Source: an uncultured Gammaproteobacteria bacterium
GTDB taxonomy: Bacteria; Pseudomonadota; Gammaproteobacteria; GCA-002705445; GCA-002716945
DNA length: 64,000 bases
Direction of reading: 5' to 3'
NCBI GenBank assembly: GCA_902521725.1
Contig: CABYTF010000001.1
Span: forward strand, 254,386 to 318,385
Shown here: in pieces, positions 1 through 12,564 of the stretch
Position numbering within the stretch: the stretch's first letter is position 1
Layout: the number at the start of each line of letters is the position of its first letter
Program-made: the position numbers and the translations under genes
The notes under the pieces: model-generated
What the model saw: the letters and a program-made list of their open reading frames with translations, nothing else
The model's database searches: none
Told to the model about the DNA's origin: nothing

Positions 1-436
1 GAGGATGATTTATGCCACACTTACCACCAATAGACGAGTCAACTTGAGCAAGTAAAGTAGTTGGAATATGGATTAATTGAACACCTCTCATAAATGTATC
101 TGCAGCAAACGCGACCATGTCTCCAATTACACCTCCACCAAGCGCAACTATTGTAAGCGATCTATCATATTTATTCTTTATCAGATAGTCGTGTATTTGT
201 TGTAATGTTTTTATATTTTTATATTTTTCGCCATCCCGTAAGATCAAACTATCCACATTGTAATCTTTGAACATACGTTTAGTCTGTTTGAGGTATAACT
301 TTGCAATGGTTGAGTTTGTTATTATTACAACATCATTCTTCTTAACATAATTCTCAGGATTTATTGTTTTCAATATATTCGATCCAACTAGGATAGGAAT
401 TTTGATATTATTTAGTTGAAGGTTAATTTTTCTCAC
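1..436 (-). CDS. aroB: 3-dehydroquinate synthase, N-terminal part (gene continues beyond window start)
   Basis: My own translation of the minus strand gives MRKINLQLNNIKIPILVGSN...TIVALGGGVIGDMVAFAADTFMRGVQLIHIPTTLLAQVDSSIGGK with the GGGVIGD nucleotide-binding motif. A GTG start overlaps the aroK stop. Classic aroK-aroB order. Absent from the ORF track because it runs off the edge. Confidence 0.8.
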   Translation of the reverse strand, partial: MRKINLQLNNIKIPILVGSNILKTINPENYVKKNDVVIITNSTIAKLYLKQTKRMFKDYNVDSLILRDGEKYKNIKTLQQIHDYLIKNKYDRSLTIVALGGGVIGDMVAFAADTFMRGVQLIHIPTTLLAQVDSSIGGKCGINHP

Positions 437-937
437 TGTAACTCTCTAATCCTCTGATAATAGTGGATAATACATCTTCTTTATCTAAATTTGAAACATC
501 AACTTCGATATCAGAAATACCTGAATAGACAGAACCCCTCTCTTTATCTAGTTGTACAAGGGTATCTTTTGTGACGTTATTCAATAAAGGTCTATGTGTT
601 CGGTTTTTTACTCTCTCAAATTGAGTTTCTATTGATATCTTTAAGTATATAACAAGACCTTTTCTTAAAATATTCAGATTTTGATCTCTTAAAACACAAC
701 CACCACCGGTCGAAATAACGAAGTTACTTTCTTCTGAGTATTGCTTTAGGGTAATTGACTCTAAGTCTCTAAAATATTTCTCATTGTATTTTTGAAAAAT
801 ATCGCTAACAGACATCTTCTCTTGGTCTTCAATTAGCTTATCGAGATCAAAATAAGGTAAACCTATTTTCTTCGCCAATAGTCGTCCCATTGTAGATTTC
901 CCAGAACCCATAGGACCGATTAAATAGATCTGATTTA

Positions 938-941
<4 letters not shown>
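423..941 (-). CDS. aroK: shikimate kinase
   Basis: 172 aa; P-loop GPMGSGKST; typical AroK length; lies upstream of aroB. Confidence 0.9.
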
Positions 942-3399
<2,458 letters not shown>

Positions 3400-3428
3400 T
3401 TATCTCTATTAAGCGATATGAACGAATG

Positions 3429-3881
3429 TTAACTTAAGTGTTTTTTTATTAACTGACTAACGAGCGATAAATCAATAGTGTCAGCATGGTTTTTTTTAAT
3501 TTCTCCCATTGCCTTACCCATTTCTTTCATTGAGCTAATTCCTAGCTTATCAATAGTCGACTTTACAATTTCTTCAGTTTCATTTTCATTCATAACTTCA
3601 GGGAGGTAACTCTGAAGTAAGTCCATTTCTTTTTTTTCTTTTTCTGCTAATTCTGGTCTATTAGCAGATGTAAATTGGTCGTAAGAATCTTTATTTCTTT
3701 TGATAAGAGATTTAATAACTGCTACTACTTGAGAATCAGATAATTCAATTTGCTTATCCTTTTCATCTTTGTTGATAAATGACAATGCGAATCTCAAAAT
3801 TGAGGAATCTTCTTTTTTACCTTCTTTAAGAAAATTTATTTGATCTTGCTGGATACTATCTTTGATAGCCGATTTTGCCAT
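3429..3881 (-). CDS. yqeY: GatB/YqeY domain protein
   Basis: 150 aa; collinear with E. coli YqeY along its length (LRLxxxxxK motif, C-terminal MGKxMxxxK); conserved position downstream of rpsU. Confidence 0.8.
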   Translation of the reverse strand: MAKSAIKDSIQQDQINFLKEGKKEDSSILRFALSFINKDEKDKQIELSDSQVVAVIKSLIKRNKDSYDQFTSANRPELAEKEKKEMDLLQSYLPEVMNENETEEIVKSTIDKLGISSMKEMGKAMGEIKKNHADTIDLSLVSQLIKKHLS

Positions 3882-3887
3882 TATTAA

Positions 3888-4112
3888 CTAGAATTTTTTA
3901 TAAGGGGGTTTTTTTCTGAGTGTATCCATACTGACTTTTCTTTTACATCTTTTAGTTGCAGCTGCAATTTTTCTTTTTCGCATAGCAGTTGGTTTCTCAT
4001 AAAATTCTCTGCGACGTGTTTCAGTTAAGATACCTGCTTTTTCACAGCCTCTTTTGAATCGTCTCAATGCAATTTCAAAAGGCTCATTCTCTCTTACTTG
4101 TACACTTGGCAT
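3888..4112 (-). CDS. rpsU: 30S ribosomal protein S21
   Basis: 74 aa; [31 protein letters not shown] is near-identical to the S21 consensus. Confidence 0.93.
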   Translation of the reverse strand: MPSVQVRENEPFEIALRRFKRGCEKAGILTETRRREFYEKPTAMRKRKIAAATKRCKRKVSMDTLRKKPPYKKF

Positions 4113-4190
4113 ATATATCCTTAATAATTAAATATTGCGATATATTACTCGATATTGTCTATAAAGCAAGTTTTAACTTATAATACACCG

Positions 4191-5180
4191 ATGAATATCT
4201 TGGGAATAGAATCATCTTGTGATGACACAGGTTTAGCTATTGTTGATTCATCTGGGCAAATAATTGCTCACGTCACGAGCTCTCAACATCAAATACATGC
4301 TAAATATGGCGGCATAGTACCTGAATTGGCCTCCAGAGATCATGTTAAAAAATTTATACCACTACTTGATTTCTTACTTAATAAAACAAATACAAAGATT
4401 AGCGATATTGGAATGATTGCATTTACTAATGGTCCTGGGCTTCTCGGTCCGCTTTTAGCAGGAGCGTCGCTTGCCAAGGCTTTGGGATGGTCCAGAAGTA
4501 TTCCAACAATTGAGGTTAATCACTTAGAAGCTCATATATACTCTCCTATGATTACAGAGAAGAATCTCGCTCCGCCTTTCATTTCATTACTCGTGTCAGG
4601 TGGTCACACACTTTTATCAATTGTAGATCAAGACTTTCAAATTAAAACTTTAGGCACTACGCTAGATGATTCTGCAGGAGAGTGCTTTGATAAAATTGCT
4701 AGAAAACTCGGTTTAGGATACCCAGGTGGACCAGAAATTGCCAGGCGTTCAGAGGATGCTATAGACAATAAATTTTCTTTTCCTAGGCCGATGATAAATA
4801 GTAATGACTATAATTTCAGTTTCAGTGGACTCAAAACGCACGTAATAAATAAACTACAAAAAATTGAACTAACCGATGAAAGTATTAATAATATTTCTTT
4901 TGAGTTACAAGATTCTATTGTTGAGACACTGATAAGCAAATCTCTAAAAGCTTCACAAGATCATGGAATAAATAATATTGTGGTTACTGGTGGAGTCAGT
5001 GCTAATAAAAGACTAAGAGATAAATTCTCTCAAGTAAGCAACTACAATGTTTTTTTTCCAGATGTAAAGTTTAGTACCGATAATGGAGCAATGATTGCAT
5101 ACGCAGGTTTCCTTAAATCTCGCTCATCCGATATTGAAGAAAATTTCAAAATAAAGCCAAACCCTTCTTTAACTCTGTAA
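4191..5180 (+). CDS. tsaD: tRNA N6-threonylcarbamoyladenosine synthase TsaD (Kae1/YgjD)
   Basis: MNILGIESSCDDTGLAIV N-terminus; HLEAH metal-binding motif. I place the start at the internal ATG 4191 rather than track start 4155, by homology. Divergent from rpsU as in E. coli. Confidence 0.9.
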   Translation: MNILGIESSCDDTGLAIVDSSGQIIAHVTSSQHQIHAKYGGIVPELASRDHVKKFIPLLDFLLNKTNTKISDIGMIAFTNGPGLLGPLLAGASLAKALGWSRSIPTIEVNHLEAHIYSPMITEKNLAPPFISLLVSGGHTLLSIVDQDFQIKTLGTTLDDSAGECFDKIARKLGLGYPGGPEIARRSEDAIDNKFSFPRPMINSNDYNFSFSGLKTHVINKLQKIELTDESINNISFELQDSIVETLISKSLKASQDHGINNIVVTGGVSANKRLRDKFSQVSNYNVFFPDVKFSTDNGAMIAYAGFLKSRSSDIEENFKIKPNPSLTL

Positions 5181-5738
5181 GAGTTCTTTTATATTATTTC
5201 TGTGATTAATAAGTATTACTGCAGTGTGTAATATTGATAACATTAAAAATTCGCCATTATTAATGATAATAAGAGCAATAAATGGCAATAATATAAAACT
5301 TATAATTGCTGATAAACCTGAAATTCTCTTTAATGCGAAAACTAAAACCCACATTAACATCACGATCAATCCTAGTTTTAAATTTATAGCTAAAAGGAAG
5401 CCAAAAGAGGTGGCAACACCTTTGCCTCCGCTGAATCGATTGAAAATGGAAAACATATGTCCTGCGAGAATAAAGAATGCTGCAAGATATAAGATTGTTG
5501 GTTCGAAGTCCACTAACATATATATGGGTATAAAACCTTTTAGAAAATCACCCGTGAACGTCAATACCCCAGCAAGAGGTCCAGCAACTCTATACATATT
5601 TGTCGCACCAGGATTTTTTGATCCTAATTCTCTTGGATCATTTGTAGATAATAAGTTATGAACGATCAATGCGAAAGGTAGTGAGCCGATTATATAAAAA
5701 ATTAAAAAAATGAAATAAATATCAGAACCAGACCCCAT
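5169..5738 (-). CDS. plsY: glycerol-3-phosphate acyltransferase PlsY
   Basis: 189 aa polytopic membrane protein; GSKNPGATNMYR motif; next to tsaD as in many gammaproteobacteria. Confidence 0.88.
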   Translation of the reverse strand: MGSGSDIYFIFLIFYIIGSLPFALIVHNLLSTNDPRELGSKNPGATNMYRVAGPLAGVLTFTGDFLKGFIPIYMLVDFEPTILYLAAFFILAGHMFSIFNRFSGGKGVATSFGFLLAINLKLGLIVMLMWVLVFALKRISGLSAIISFILLPFIALIIINNGEFLMLSILHTAVILINHRNNIKELLQS

Positions 5739-5760
5739 TTATAAAGCATACACTAGTGTT

Positions 5761-6477
5761 TTGTATTATTCTAACTTTGTAATGTTAATTCAGAATTCAA
5801 ATAAAATAATATTTATTCATGGATGGTTGTTTGGCTCTTATATTTGGAAAAACATTCAAGGGTGTTTTCCAAATGTCTCCTTTAGTGAACTGGTGTCTCT
5901 CCCTGGATATTACAAATCAAGTACACCTGATCACAGTCGTAAAGTCATTGATTCTATCCTCGTGTCTTCAAAAAAGGATGATACGATAATAGTTTATTCA
6001 TACACTGCTGCTAGAGTACTTTTGTCGAGTGAACTGAATAAGTGTGATGCTACTATTATACTTATTAATCCTTTTTTAAAACCAAAAAACAGCACAATAA
6101 CTATGCTGAGAGATAATCTGGTCGAAGATTTTGATAGCACTATCAAGAAATTTATTTTTGAGTGCGTGAAAGGAAACAATCTCGCTAAGAAAAATTTTAT
6201 GAAACTTAAAAATTTATTTTATACTAACTACATACCTGAAAAAGATTCCTTGATTGCAGAGCTTGATGAGATGGCTAACTTTGATTTATCGAAATTTAAA
6301 GTTAATTATAGAGAAAATCTTGTGATCTTGTTGTCGGACAGTGATGAAGTTTGTGATACCAGAATTATGAATACACTCAAACATCATAAGATGAAGATAG
6401 TTACTTTGAAAAATTCACCACATTTCCCTTTTTTTGACTTCAAAGAGATCTGTGAGACTATTGAACTATTAGAATAA
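5761..6477 (+). CDS. alpha/beta-hydrolase, probable pimeloyl-ACP methyl ester esterase (BioH/BioG-like)
   Basis: 238 aa; IFIHGW oxyanion-hole region; immediately upstream of bioC. Nucleophile elbow is VYSYTA rather than GxSxG. True start may be the ATG at 5782. Confidence 0.5.
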   Translation: MYYSNFVMLIQNSNKIIFIHGWLFGSYIWKNIQGCFPNVSFSELVSLPGYYKSSTPDHSRKVIDSILVSSKKDDTIIVYSYTAARVLLSSELNKCDATIILINPFLKPKNSTITMLRDNLVEDFDSTIKKFIFECVKGNNLAKKNFMKLKNLFYTNYIPEKDSLIAELDEMANFDLSKFKVNYRENLVILLSDSDEVCDTRIMNTLKHHKMKIVTLKNSPHFPFFDFKEICETIELLE

Positions 6478-6482
6478 AAATC

Positions 6483-7286
6483 ATGAATCCATTTTCAAAT
6501 AAAGCCAGTTCGTATGATAAGCATTCATTCATACAAAAGGAGGTAAATAACAGGTTACTTAGTAGGCTAGATTTAATTAAACATGATAAGTTAAATGTTT
6601 TAGAAATCGGTTCAGGAACAGGGTATTTATCTCAGGATCTCCAACAAAAACACCCACATGTAAATATCATCTCTATGGATTTATCATATGAGATGGCACT
6701 TATTCATAAAAACAAAAACGATAATGCAAAATGCGTCGTAGGCAATGCTGAGAATCCGCCATTTCAGCTCTCAACATTCGATACGCTTTTATCAAGCCTC
6801 ACGCTTCATTGGTGTAACATTGATCCTAACTTATTTGATAAATTTTCAAATTTACTCACCCCTAATGGCTTACTCTTATTTTCAGTTGCTGGACCAGATA
6901 CATTTAAAGAATTTAAAAAATGTCCTCCTGACATTTATGAAAAACTTAGGTTCAATGAATATTTAGATATGCATCACTATGGCGATTTCTTACTTCAGTC
7001 TGACTTTAGAGATCCCGTAATGGATAATGAGCAAATCACTATTGAGTTTTCCAAATTTAGCCAGCTGCTTGATTCAATTCGTTTAACTGGCACTAATATC
7101 ACGGATTCCAAAAATAGGGCACATATTTCTAAAGCTGAATACAACATCATAAAATCTTGCTTATATAATGACGCATCAAGCTCATTTGAATTAACTTATG
7201 ATATAATTTTCGGGTATGCTCTGAAACCTGCGAAAACCCTTGATAAATCAGGTAAATTGATAAAGATCAAAGAGATAAAAAAATAG
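6483..7286 (+). CDS. bioC: malonyl-ACP O-methyltransferase
   Basis: 267 aa class I SAM MTase; N-terminal SYDKHSFIQKEV (BioC A-x-x-Y-D / Q motif) and VLEIGSGTG motif I; the BioC-typical short architecture. Confidence 0.72.
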   Translation: MNPFSNKASSYDKHSFIQKEVNNRLLSRLDLIKHDKLNVLEIGSGTGYLSQDLQQKHPHVNIISMDLSYEMALIHKNKNDNAKCVVGNAENPPFQLSTFDTLLSSLTLHWCNIDPNLFDKFSNLLTPNGLLLFSVAGPDTFKEFKKCPPDIYEKLRFNEYLDMHHYGDFLLQSDFRDPVMDNEQITIEFSKFSQLLDSIRLTGTNITDSKNRAHISKAEYNIIKSCLYNDASSSFELTYDIIFGYALKPAKTLDKSGKLIKIKEIKK

Positions 7287-7375
7287 TAAATTAGAAATTC
7301 CATAAGTACTAATATTTTGCTATTATTGAACTCGGAAAGGATGTTATTAAAGGACTAATGACCATATTTTAGGGA

Positions 7376-8182
7376 ATGAAAATGAATAGACTATCAGCAT
7401 TATTAATCGCATCGTTGGCTTCTGTCTCAAGCTTCGCGGATTGGGAAGTCAATATGCCAAGAGGTGTCTCACCTACCGCCAACGCTGCCTATGACCTGCA
7501 TATGTTAATTTTTTATATTACTGTTGTGATAGGTGTAATCGTATTTGGGGTAATGTTCTATTCAATATTCCATCACAGAAAGTCTAAAGGAGCTAAACCA
7601 GCTTCGTTTCATGAGAGCACTACGGTCGAAGTTATATGGACAGTAATACCATTTGTAATCTTAGTTGGCATGGCTATACCTGCCACAAAAACACTTATAA
7701 TGATGGAAGATACAAGAGATTCTGAGATAACACTCAAAGTAACTGGCTATCAATGGATGTGGAAATATGATTATGTTGAAGATAATGTCTCATTTTTCAG
7801 TAAGCTTGATAATAAAAGTAATGAAGCGAGACAACTTGGTTCTAAGATAGATGTTAAAAAAGTTGATAACTATCTTCTTAATGTTGACAATGAAGTTGTT
7901 CTTCCAACAGACACCAAAGTCAGAATACTATTGACCGCAAGTGATGTGATTCATGCTTGGTGGGTTCCAGAAATCACTGGAAAGAAAGATGCTATTCCTG
8001 GATACATCAATGAATTATGGGTAGATATTAAAAAGCCTGGTGTTTACCGAGGTCAGTGTACGGAATTATGTGGTAAGGATCATGGATTCATGCCAATAGT
8101 TGTTCGTGCAGTCCCTAAACAAGAATATGTAAAATGGGTTTCATTAAACCAAAAGAACCGAGTAGCAGACAAATCAGAATAA
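7376..8182 (+). CDS. coxB: cytochrome c oxidase subunit II (CuA)
   Basis: 268 aa; signal peptide plus 2 TM; CuA ligands HAWWVP...[12 protein letters not shown]. Confidence 0.93.
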   Translation: MKMNRLSALLIASLASVSSFADWEVNMPRGVSPTANAAYDLHMLIFYITVVIGVIVFGVMFYSIFHHRKSKGAKPASFHESTTVEVIWTVIPFVILVGMAIPATKTLIMMEDTRDSEITLKVTGYQWMWKYDYVEDNVSFFSKLDNKSNEARQLGSKIDVKKVDNYLLNVDNEVVLPTDTKVRILLTASDVIHAWWVPEITGKKDAIPGYINELWVDIKKPGVYRGQCTELCGKDHGFMPIVVRAVPKQEYVKWVSLNQKNRVADKSE

Positions 8183-8192
8183 GGAAATTAAT

Positions 8193-9770
8193 ATGAGCAC
8201 TAATATCGATCACATCAAAGAGGAACATCATCATCAGCCATCTGGTTTGATGAGGTGGATTACGACCACAAATCATAAAGACATAGGATCCCTATATCTA
8301 TGGTTCAGTTTACTTATGTTTTTTATTGGTGGATTTATGGCGCTAATTATTCGTGCAGAATTATTTCAACCGGGTCTTCAGCTTGTAGTTCCCGGCTTTT
8401 TCAATCAAATGACCACAATGCACGCTCTTATTATGATTTTTGGTGCACTTATGCCTGCTTTTGTAGGGCTAGCTAATTGGCAACTTCCGATGATGATTGG
8501 CGCCCCTGATATGGCACTTCCAAGACTCAATAACTGGAGTTTTTGGATATTACCTTTCGCTTTTACAATGCTACTGAGCACCTTATTTTTTGAAAGTGGT
8601 GGCCCAGCAGCAGGTTGGACATTATATCCCCCATTATCATTACAGGGCGGGAATTCTATGCCGTTTGTAATATTTTCGCTTCATTTATTAGGGGCCTCAT
8701 CAATTCTCGGTGCTATAAATGTCATAGCTACAATTCTTAATATGAGAGCGCCTGGCATGACTCTAATGAAGATGCCAATCTTTGTATGGACATGGCTTAT
8801 AACCGCATTTCTACTTATTGCCGCTATGCCCGTACTAGCTGGTGCCATTACCATGTTATTGACGGACAGATTTTATGGAACTAGTTTCTTCACAGCTGCC
8901 GGTGGTGGAGACCCTGTTTTATTCCAGCATATATTCTGGTTCTTTGGTCATCCTGAAGTTTACATTTTAATACTTCCTGCATTCGGTATTATATCGACCA
9001 TAATTCCTGCATTCTCTAGAAAAAAACTATTTGGATACGACTCTATGGTATATGCGACTGCTTCAATCGCTTTACTATCATTTATTGTTTGGGCACACCA
9101 CATGTTCACAGTGGGAATGCCACTTGCCGGTGAAATATTTTTTATGTTTACAACGATGCTGATAGCTGTACCCACAGGCGTAAAGGTTTTCAATTGGGTT
9201 GCAACGATGTGGAGAGGGTCAATGACTTTTGAGACACCCATGTTATTCTCACTAGCTTTCATTATTCTATTCACTATCGGAGGCTTCTCTGGGTTGATGC
9301 TTGCAATAACTCCAGCGGATTTCCAGTACCACGACACATACTTTGTAGTAGCACACTTCCACTACGTTCTCGTCCCTGGCGCAATATTTGCTGTTATAGC
9401 AGCAGTATATTACTGGCTTCCTAAATGGACGGGGAAAATGTACAACGAAACACTCGGGAAAGTTCATTTCTGGATGACAACAGTATTTGTAAACATTACC
9501 TTTTTCCCTATGCACTTCGTTGGATTAGCTGGTATGCCAAGAAGGATTCCTGATTACGCTGTTCAGTTTACAGACTTCAATATGATTGCATCTATTGGTG
9601 CATTTGGCTTTGGATTATCACAACTTCTTTTCGTGTACATACTATTTCAAACGCTTAGACAGCCTGTAACAGCAGCTGATAAGTCTTGGGAAGGCGCTGA
9701 GGGATTAGAATGGACTTTACCTTCTCCAGCACCATATCATTCATTTGATACACCACCTAAGGTTGACTAA
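8193..9770 (+). CDS. coxA: cytochrome c oxidase subunit I
   Basis: 525 aa; 12-TM haem-copper oxidase; GHPEVY and HHMF(T)VG motifs. Confidence 0.95.
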   Translation: MSTNIDHIKEEHHHQPSGLMRWITTTNHKDIGSLYLWFSLLMFFIGGFMALIIRAELFQPGLQLVVPGFFNQMTTMHALIMIFGALMPAFVGLANWQLPMMIGAPDMALPRLNNWSFWILPFAFTMLLSTLFFESGGPAAGWTLYPPLSLQGGNSMPFVIFSLHLLGASSILGAINVIATILNMRAPGMTLMKMPIFVWTWLITAFLLIAAMPVLAGAITMLLTDRFYGTSFFTAAGGGDPVLFQHIFWFFGHPEVYILILPAFGIISTIIPAFSRKKLFGYDSMVYATASIALLSFIVWAHHMFTVGMPLAGEIFFMFTTMLIAVPTGVKVFNWVATMWRGSMTFETPMLFSLAFIILFTIGGFSGLMLAITPADFQYHDTYFVVAHFHYVLVPGAIFAVIAAVYYWLPKWTGKMYNETLGKVHFWMTTVFVNITFFPMHFVGLAGMPRRIPDYAVQFTDFNMIASIGAFGFGLSQLLFVYILFQTLRQPVTAADKSWEGAEGLEWTLPSPAPYHSFDTPPKVD

Positions 9771-10306
9771 TGAAAAGCGTTAAATCAACTATTACAAAAC
9801 TCTCACTCGTAGTTGTCGCTATGTATGGTTTTTCTTACGCATTAGTGCCTATTTACGATACATTTTGCGAAATAACTGGTTTGAATGGCAAAACTAATGA
9901 GGTTGCTTACACAGGTAGTGATATTGAAAAAGAAAATAGATTTATAAAAATTAAATTTATCTCAAACGTCGCAAATTCAGCACCACTATATTTTGAGCCT
10001 GCGGTAACAGAAATGACTGTTCAAGTTGGAAAACCTTATAATACTCACTATGTTATGAAGAATAATTCAACTAAACAGCTACATACCACGGCTAGCCCAA
10101 GTGTAACCCCAGGTAAATTTGCAGAATATTTTAAAAAAATAGAATGTTTCTGTTTCAATCAACAAACAATTGATTCTGGTGAGATTAAAGATTTAGGGAT
10201 TCAATTTGTAGTAGATAACGATCTTCCGACTAATATAGGTGATATAGTGCTTTCGTACACTATGTTTGATATTACTAATAAAGTAGTAGAGGCAGATAAA
10301 TTGTGA
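9770..10306 (+). CDS. ctaG: cytochrome c oxidase assembly protein CtaG/Cox11
   Basis: 178 aa; N-terminal TM; CFCF copper-binding motif (KIECFCFNQQ); TAATG overlap with coxA. Confidence 0.88.
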   Translation: MKSVKSTITKLSLVVVAMYGFSYALVPIYDTFCEITGLNGKTNEVAYTGSDIEKENRFIKIKFISNVANSAPLYFEPAVTEMTVQVGKPYNTHYVMKNNSTKQLHTTASPSVTPGKFAEYFKKIECFCFNQQTIDSGEIKDLGIQFVVDNDLPTNIGDIVLSYTMFDITNKVVEADKL

Positions 10307-11160
10307 GTGGCTCATCGTATTACGTTCCTCACGAAACCAAGTGGCCATTTTTAGCAACGATAGCATTGATGATTATGTTCATTGGCCTTGCCAATTATAT
10401 GAACGATGAGTCCACACTGACACTTACATTAACAGGTCTGGGTCTATTGTTGATAGTTATATATGGTTGGTTTTCTTATGTTGTCAGGGAGAGTGAAGGT
10501 GGATTATATGATGATCAAGTAGATATGTCATTTAGGTGGGGTATGGCATGGTTTATTTTCTCTGAGGTTATGTTTTTTGCGGCATTTTTTGGGGCTCTTT
10601 ACTATGCAAGAGAGCTATCATTGCCATGGTTAGCGGGCGATGGTTCTGGAGTGAGTACCAATCAGGAGTTATGGCCTTCGTTCGAAAATGTGTGGCCTTC
10701 CAATGGTCCTGCCAATTATGGCGGTGATTTTGTGGTAATGAAAGCAGCAGGTATACCCGCGCTTAATACAATTATTTTACTCATTAGTGGTTTGACAGTC
10801 ACATGGGCTCACCACGGTCTCAAAGAGGGCAAAAGGAATCAGCTTATTCTAGGATTAATCGCGACTGTTCTTTTAGGTTTTATATTTGTAGGTTTTCAAG
10901 CCTATGAATATTCTCATGCTTATAATGATCTTAATTTAAAAATGTCATCAGGGATTTATGGTTCGACATTTTATATGTTAACCGGATTTCATGGTTTCCA
11001 TGTCACACTAGGTGCAATAATGTTGACTGTTATTTTATTCAGATGTATTCGAGGACATTTTAGTAATGAGAATCATTTTGGATTTGAAGCCGTTGCCTGG
11101 TATTGGCATTTTGTCGATGTTGTTTGGCTTGGATTGTTTGTGTTTGTCTACTGGCTGTGA
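10303..11160 (+). CDS. coxC: cytochrome c oxidase subunit III
   Basis: 285 aa; GTG start overlapping the ctaG stop; YYVPHETKWP N-terminus and 7-TM CoxIII profile. Confidence 0.9.
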   Translation: MSGSSYYVPHETKWPFLATIALMIMFIGLANYMNDESTLTLTLTGLGLLLIVIYGWFSYVVRESEGGLYDDQVDMSFRWGMAWFIFSEVMFFAAFFGALYYARELSLPWLAGDGSGVSTNQELWPSFENVWPSNGPANYGGDFVVMKAAGIPALNTIILLISGLTVTWAHHGLKEGKRNQLILGLIATVLLGFIFVGFQAYEYSHAYNDLNLKMSSGIYGSTFYMLTGFHGFHVTLGAIMLTVILFRCIRGHFSNENHFGFEAVAWYWHFVDVVWLGLFVFVYWL

Positions 11161-11166
11161 TTAATA

Positions 11167-11367
11167 TCAAAAATTATTCGGTTTAATCATATCCATATAA
11201 TATCCCACTATTAACAATGCAAAGAGTAATACAGACAAAACTATCCTTGTTTTCAGTGAAGCAAGTCCTCTGTTAGAGCTTGATTTATCTTTTAGAATGT
11301 ATACAAAACCCATAACAAGATTATATATTATTAAGATTAGAAGAGTTATAATCGCGAACTTAAACAT
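11167..11367 (-). CDS. small two-TM membrane protein (DUF2909-like 'twin transmembrane helix' protein)
   Basis: 66 aa with two hydrophobic helices and a basic loop; this kind of small ORF is recurrently found between coxC and surf1 in gammaproteobacteria, but here it lies on the opposite strand. Confidence 0.4.
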   Translation of the reverse strand: MFKFAIITLLILIIYNLVMGFVYILKDKSSSNRGLASLKTRIVLSVLLFALLIVGYYMDMIKPNNF

Positions 11368-11387
11368 AAAAACATGTTATCACTAGA

Positions 11388-12068
11388 ATGAAAAATATAC
11401 TTAAAAACTTGATCCTATTTTTTCTAATTTTAACTTGTGTATACTTAGGTTTTTGGCAGTTAGATCGAGCAGATCAAAAACTCAGTATTCAAACTGATTA
11501 TCAAAATCAATTATCAAAAGAATATTTAGATTTAAAAGAAGTACAAAAAAATCCTTTAAGATATACTAAAATTATGGCTAAAGGCACTTTTCTAGAACCA
11601 TATTTTCTTCTTGATAATATTGTTCATAATAAAAAAGCCGGATATCTTGTGATGTCACCATTTCTGGTTGAAGATAAGATCATTATTGTAAATAGAGGCT
11701 GGGTTGACAACTTTTCACGACAAAAATTTCCAGAGATTTTAACACCTGAATCTTACCAACAAATAAAGGGATACATTAAATATCCAATGAGACTCTTGGA
11801 GTTAAGCGGAGTTAATATGACTAATGAAAAACCATTTATAATACAGAATCTAAATATTAATGAAATATCTTCAATTCTAAAAAAAGACATCTATCCGTTT
11901 TATTTAAACTTGGAGATAAACAGCAATCATTCATACATACATATAAAAGAGAAGACTGAAAATAAATATCTCACACATTACATGTATGCAGGTCAATGGT
12001 TTTTGTTTGCTTTAATTGGTATCATTTTTTTAATACTTTTGAATAGGAAAAAAAATGTCAAAACTTAA
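11388..12068 (+). CDS. surf1: SURF1/Shy1 family cytochrome oxidase assembly protein
   Basis: 226 aa; N-terminal TM followed by GFWQLDRADQK (SURF1 signature); C-terminal TM. Confidence 0.85.
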   Translation: MKNILKNLILFFLILTCVYLGFWQLDRADQKLSIQTDYQNQLSKEYLDLKEVQKNPLRYTKIMAKGTFLEPYFLLDNIVHNKKAGYLVMSPFLVEDKIIIVNRGWVDNFSRQKFPEILTPESYQQIKGYIKYPMRLLELSGVNMTNEKPFIIQNLNINEISSILKKDIYPFYLNLEINSNHSYIHIKEKTENKYLTHYMYAGQWFLFALIGIIFLILLNRKKNVKT

Positions 12069-12561
12069 GTTCCTATTGATAGTATTTGTATTTGTACTTC
12101 CCTTTATATTTGCAAAATACTTCTTCGATAATGACGCGACTAGCACTAGAGGTACGACTAATCATGGATCTTTTTTAGTTGATGAGGTAAATATAACTAG
12201 CTTGGCTGATAATGATCATTGGATTATTCTTCAAGTGATTGATGATAAGTGCGATACAAGCTGCCAAGACAACATGCATATGTTAAGACAGATCAACACA
12301 GCTCTTGGTAAAGATATGGGAAGAGTAAAACGGTATCTACTCCATAAAAACACTAATGAGAATACAGTTTATTTAGATAACTATCCAAAAGTTATTGTTT
12401 TAGATAGATCAGAAACACTCTATAATAGTCTCACTAAAATGGATGAGAGAATATTTATTGCTGATCCTTTTGGTAAAATCATCCTAGGTTACGAAAATGA
12501 TTTTATTGCAAAAGGTTTACTCAAGGACATGAAGAAGCTACTTAAATTCTCAAAGAGGTAG
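12055..12561 (+). CDS. membrane-anchored thioredoxin-fold protein, Sco/SenC-like (divergent)
   Basis: 168 aa; N-terminal TM; CDTSC (CxxxC) aligns by eye with the Sco CxxxCP region, and the C-terminal IFIADPFGKII with the Sco FYLVxPDGKV strand; the conserved Cu-ligand His is not evident. Confidence 0.45.
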   Translation: MSKLKFLLIVFVFVLPFIFAKYFFDNDATSTRGTTNHGSFLVDEVNITSLADNDHWIILQVIDDKCDTSCQDNMHMLRQINTALGKDMGRVKRYLLHKNTNENTVYLDNYPKVIVLDRSETLYNSLTKMDERIFIADPFGKIILGYENDFIAKGLLKDMKKLLKFSKR

Positions 12562-12564
12562 ATT

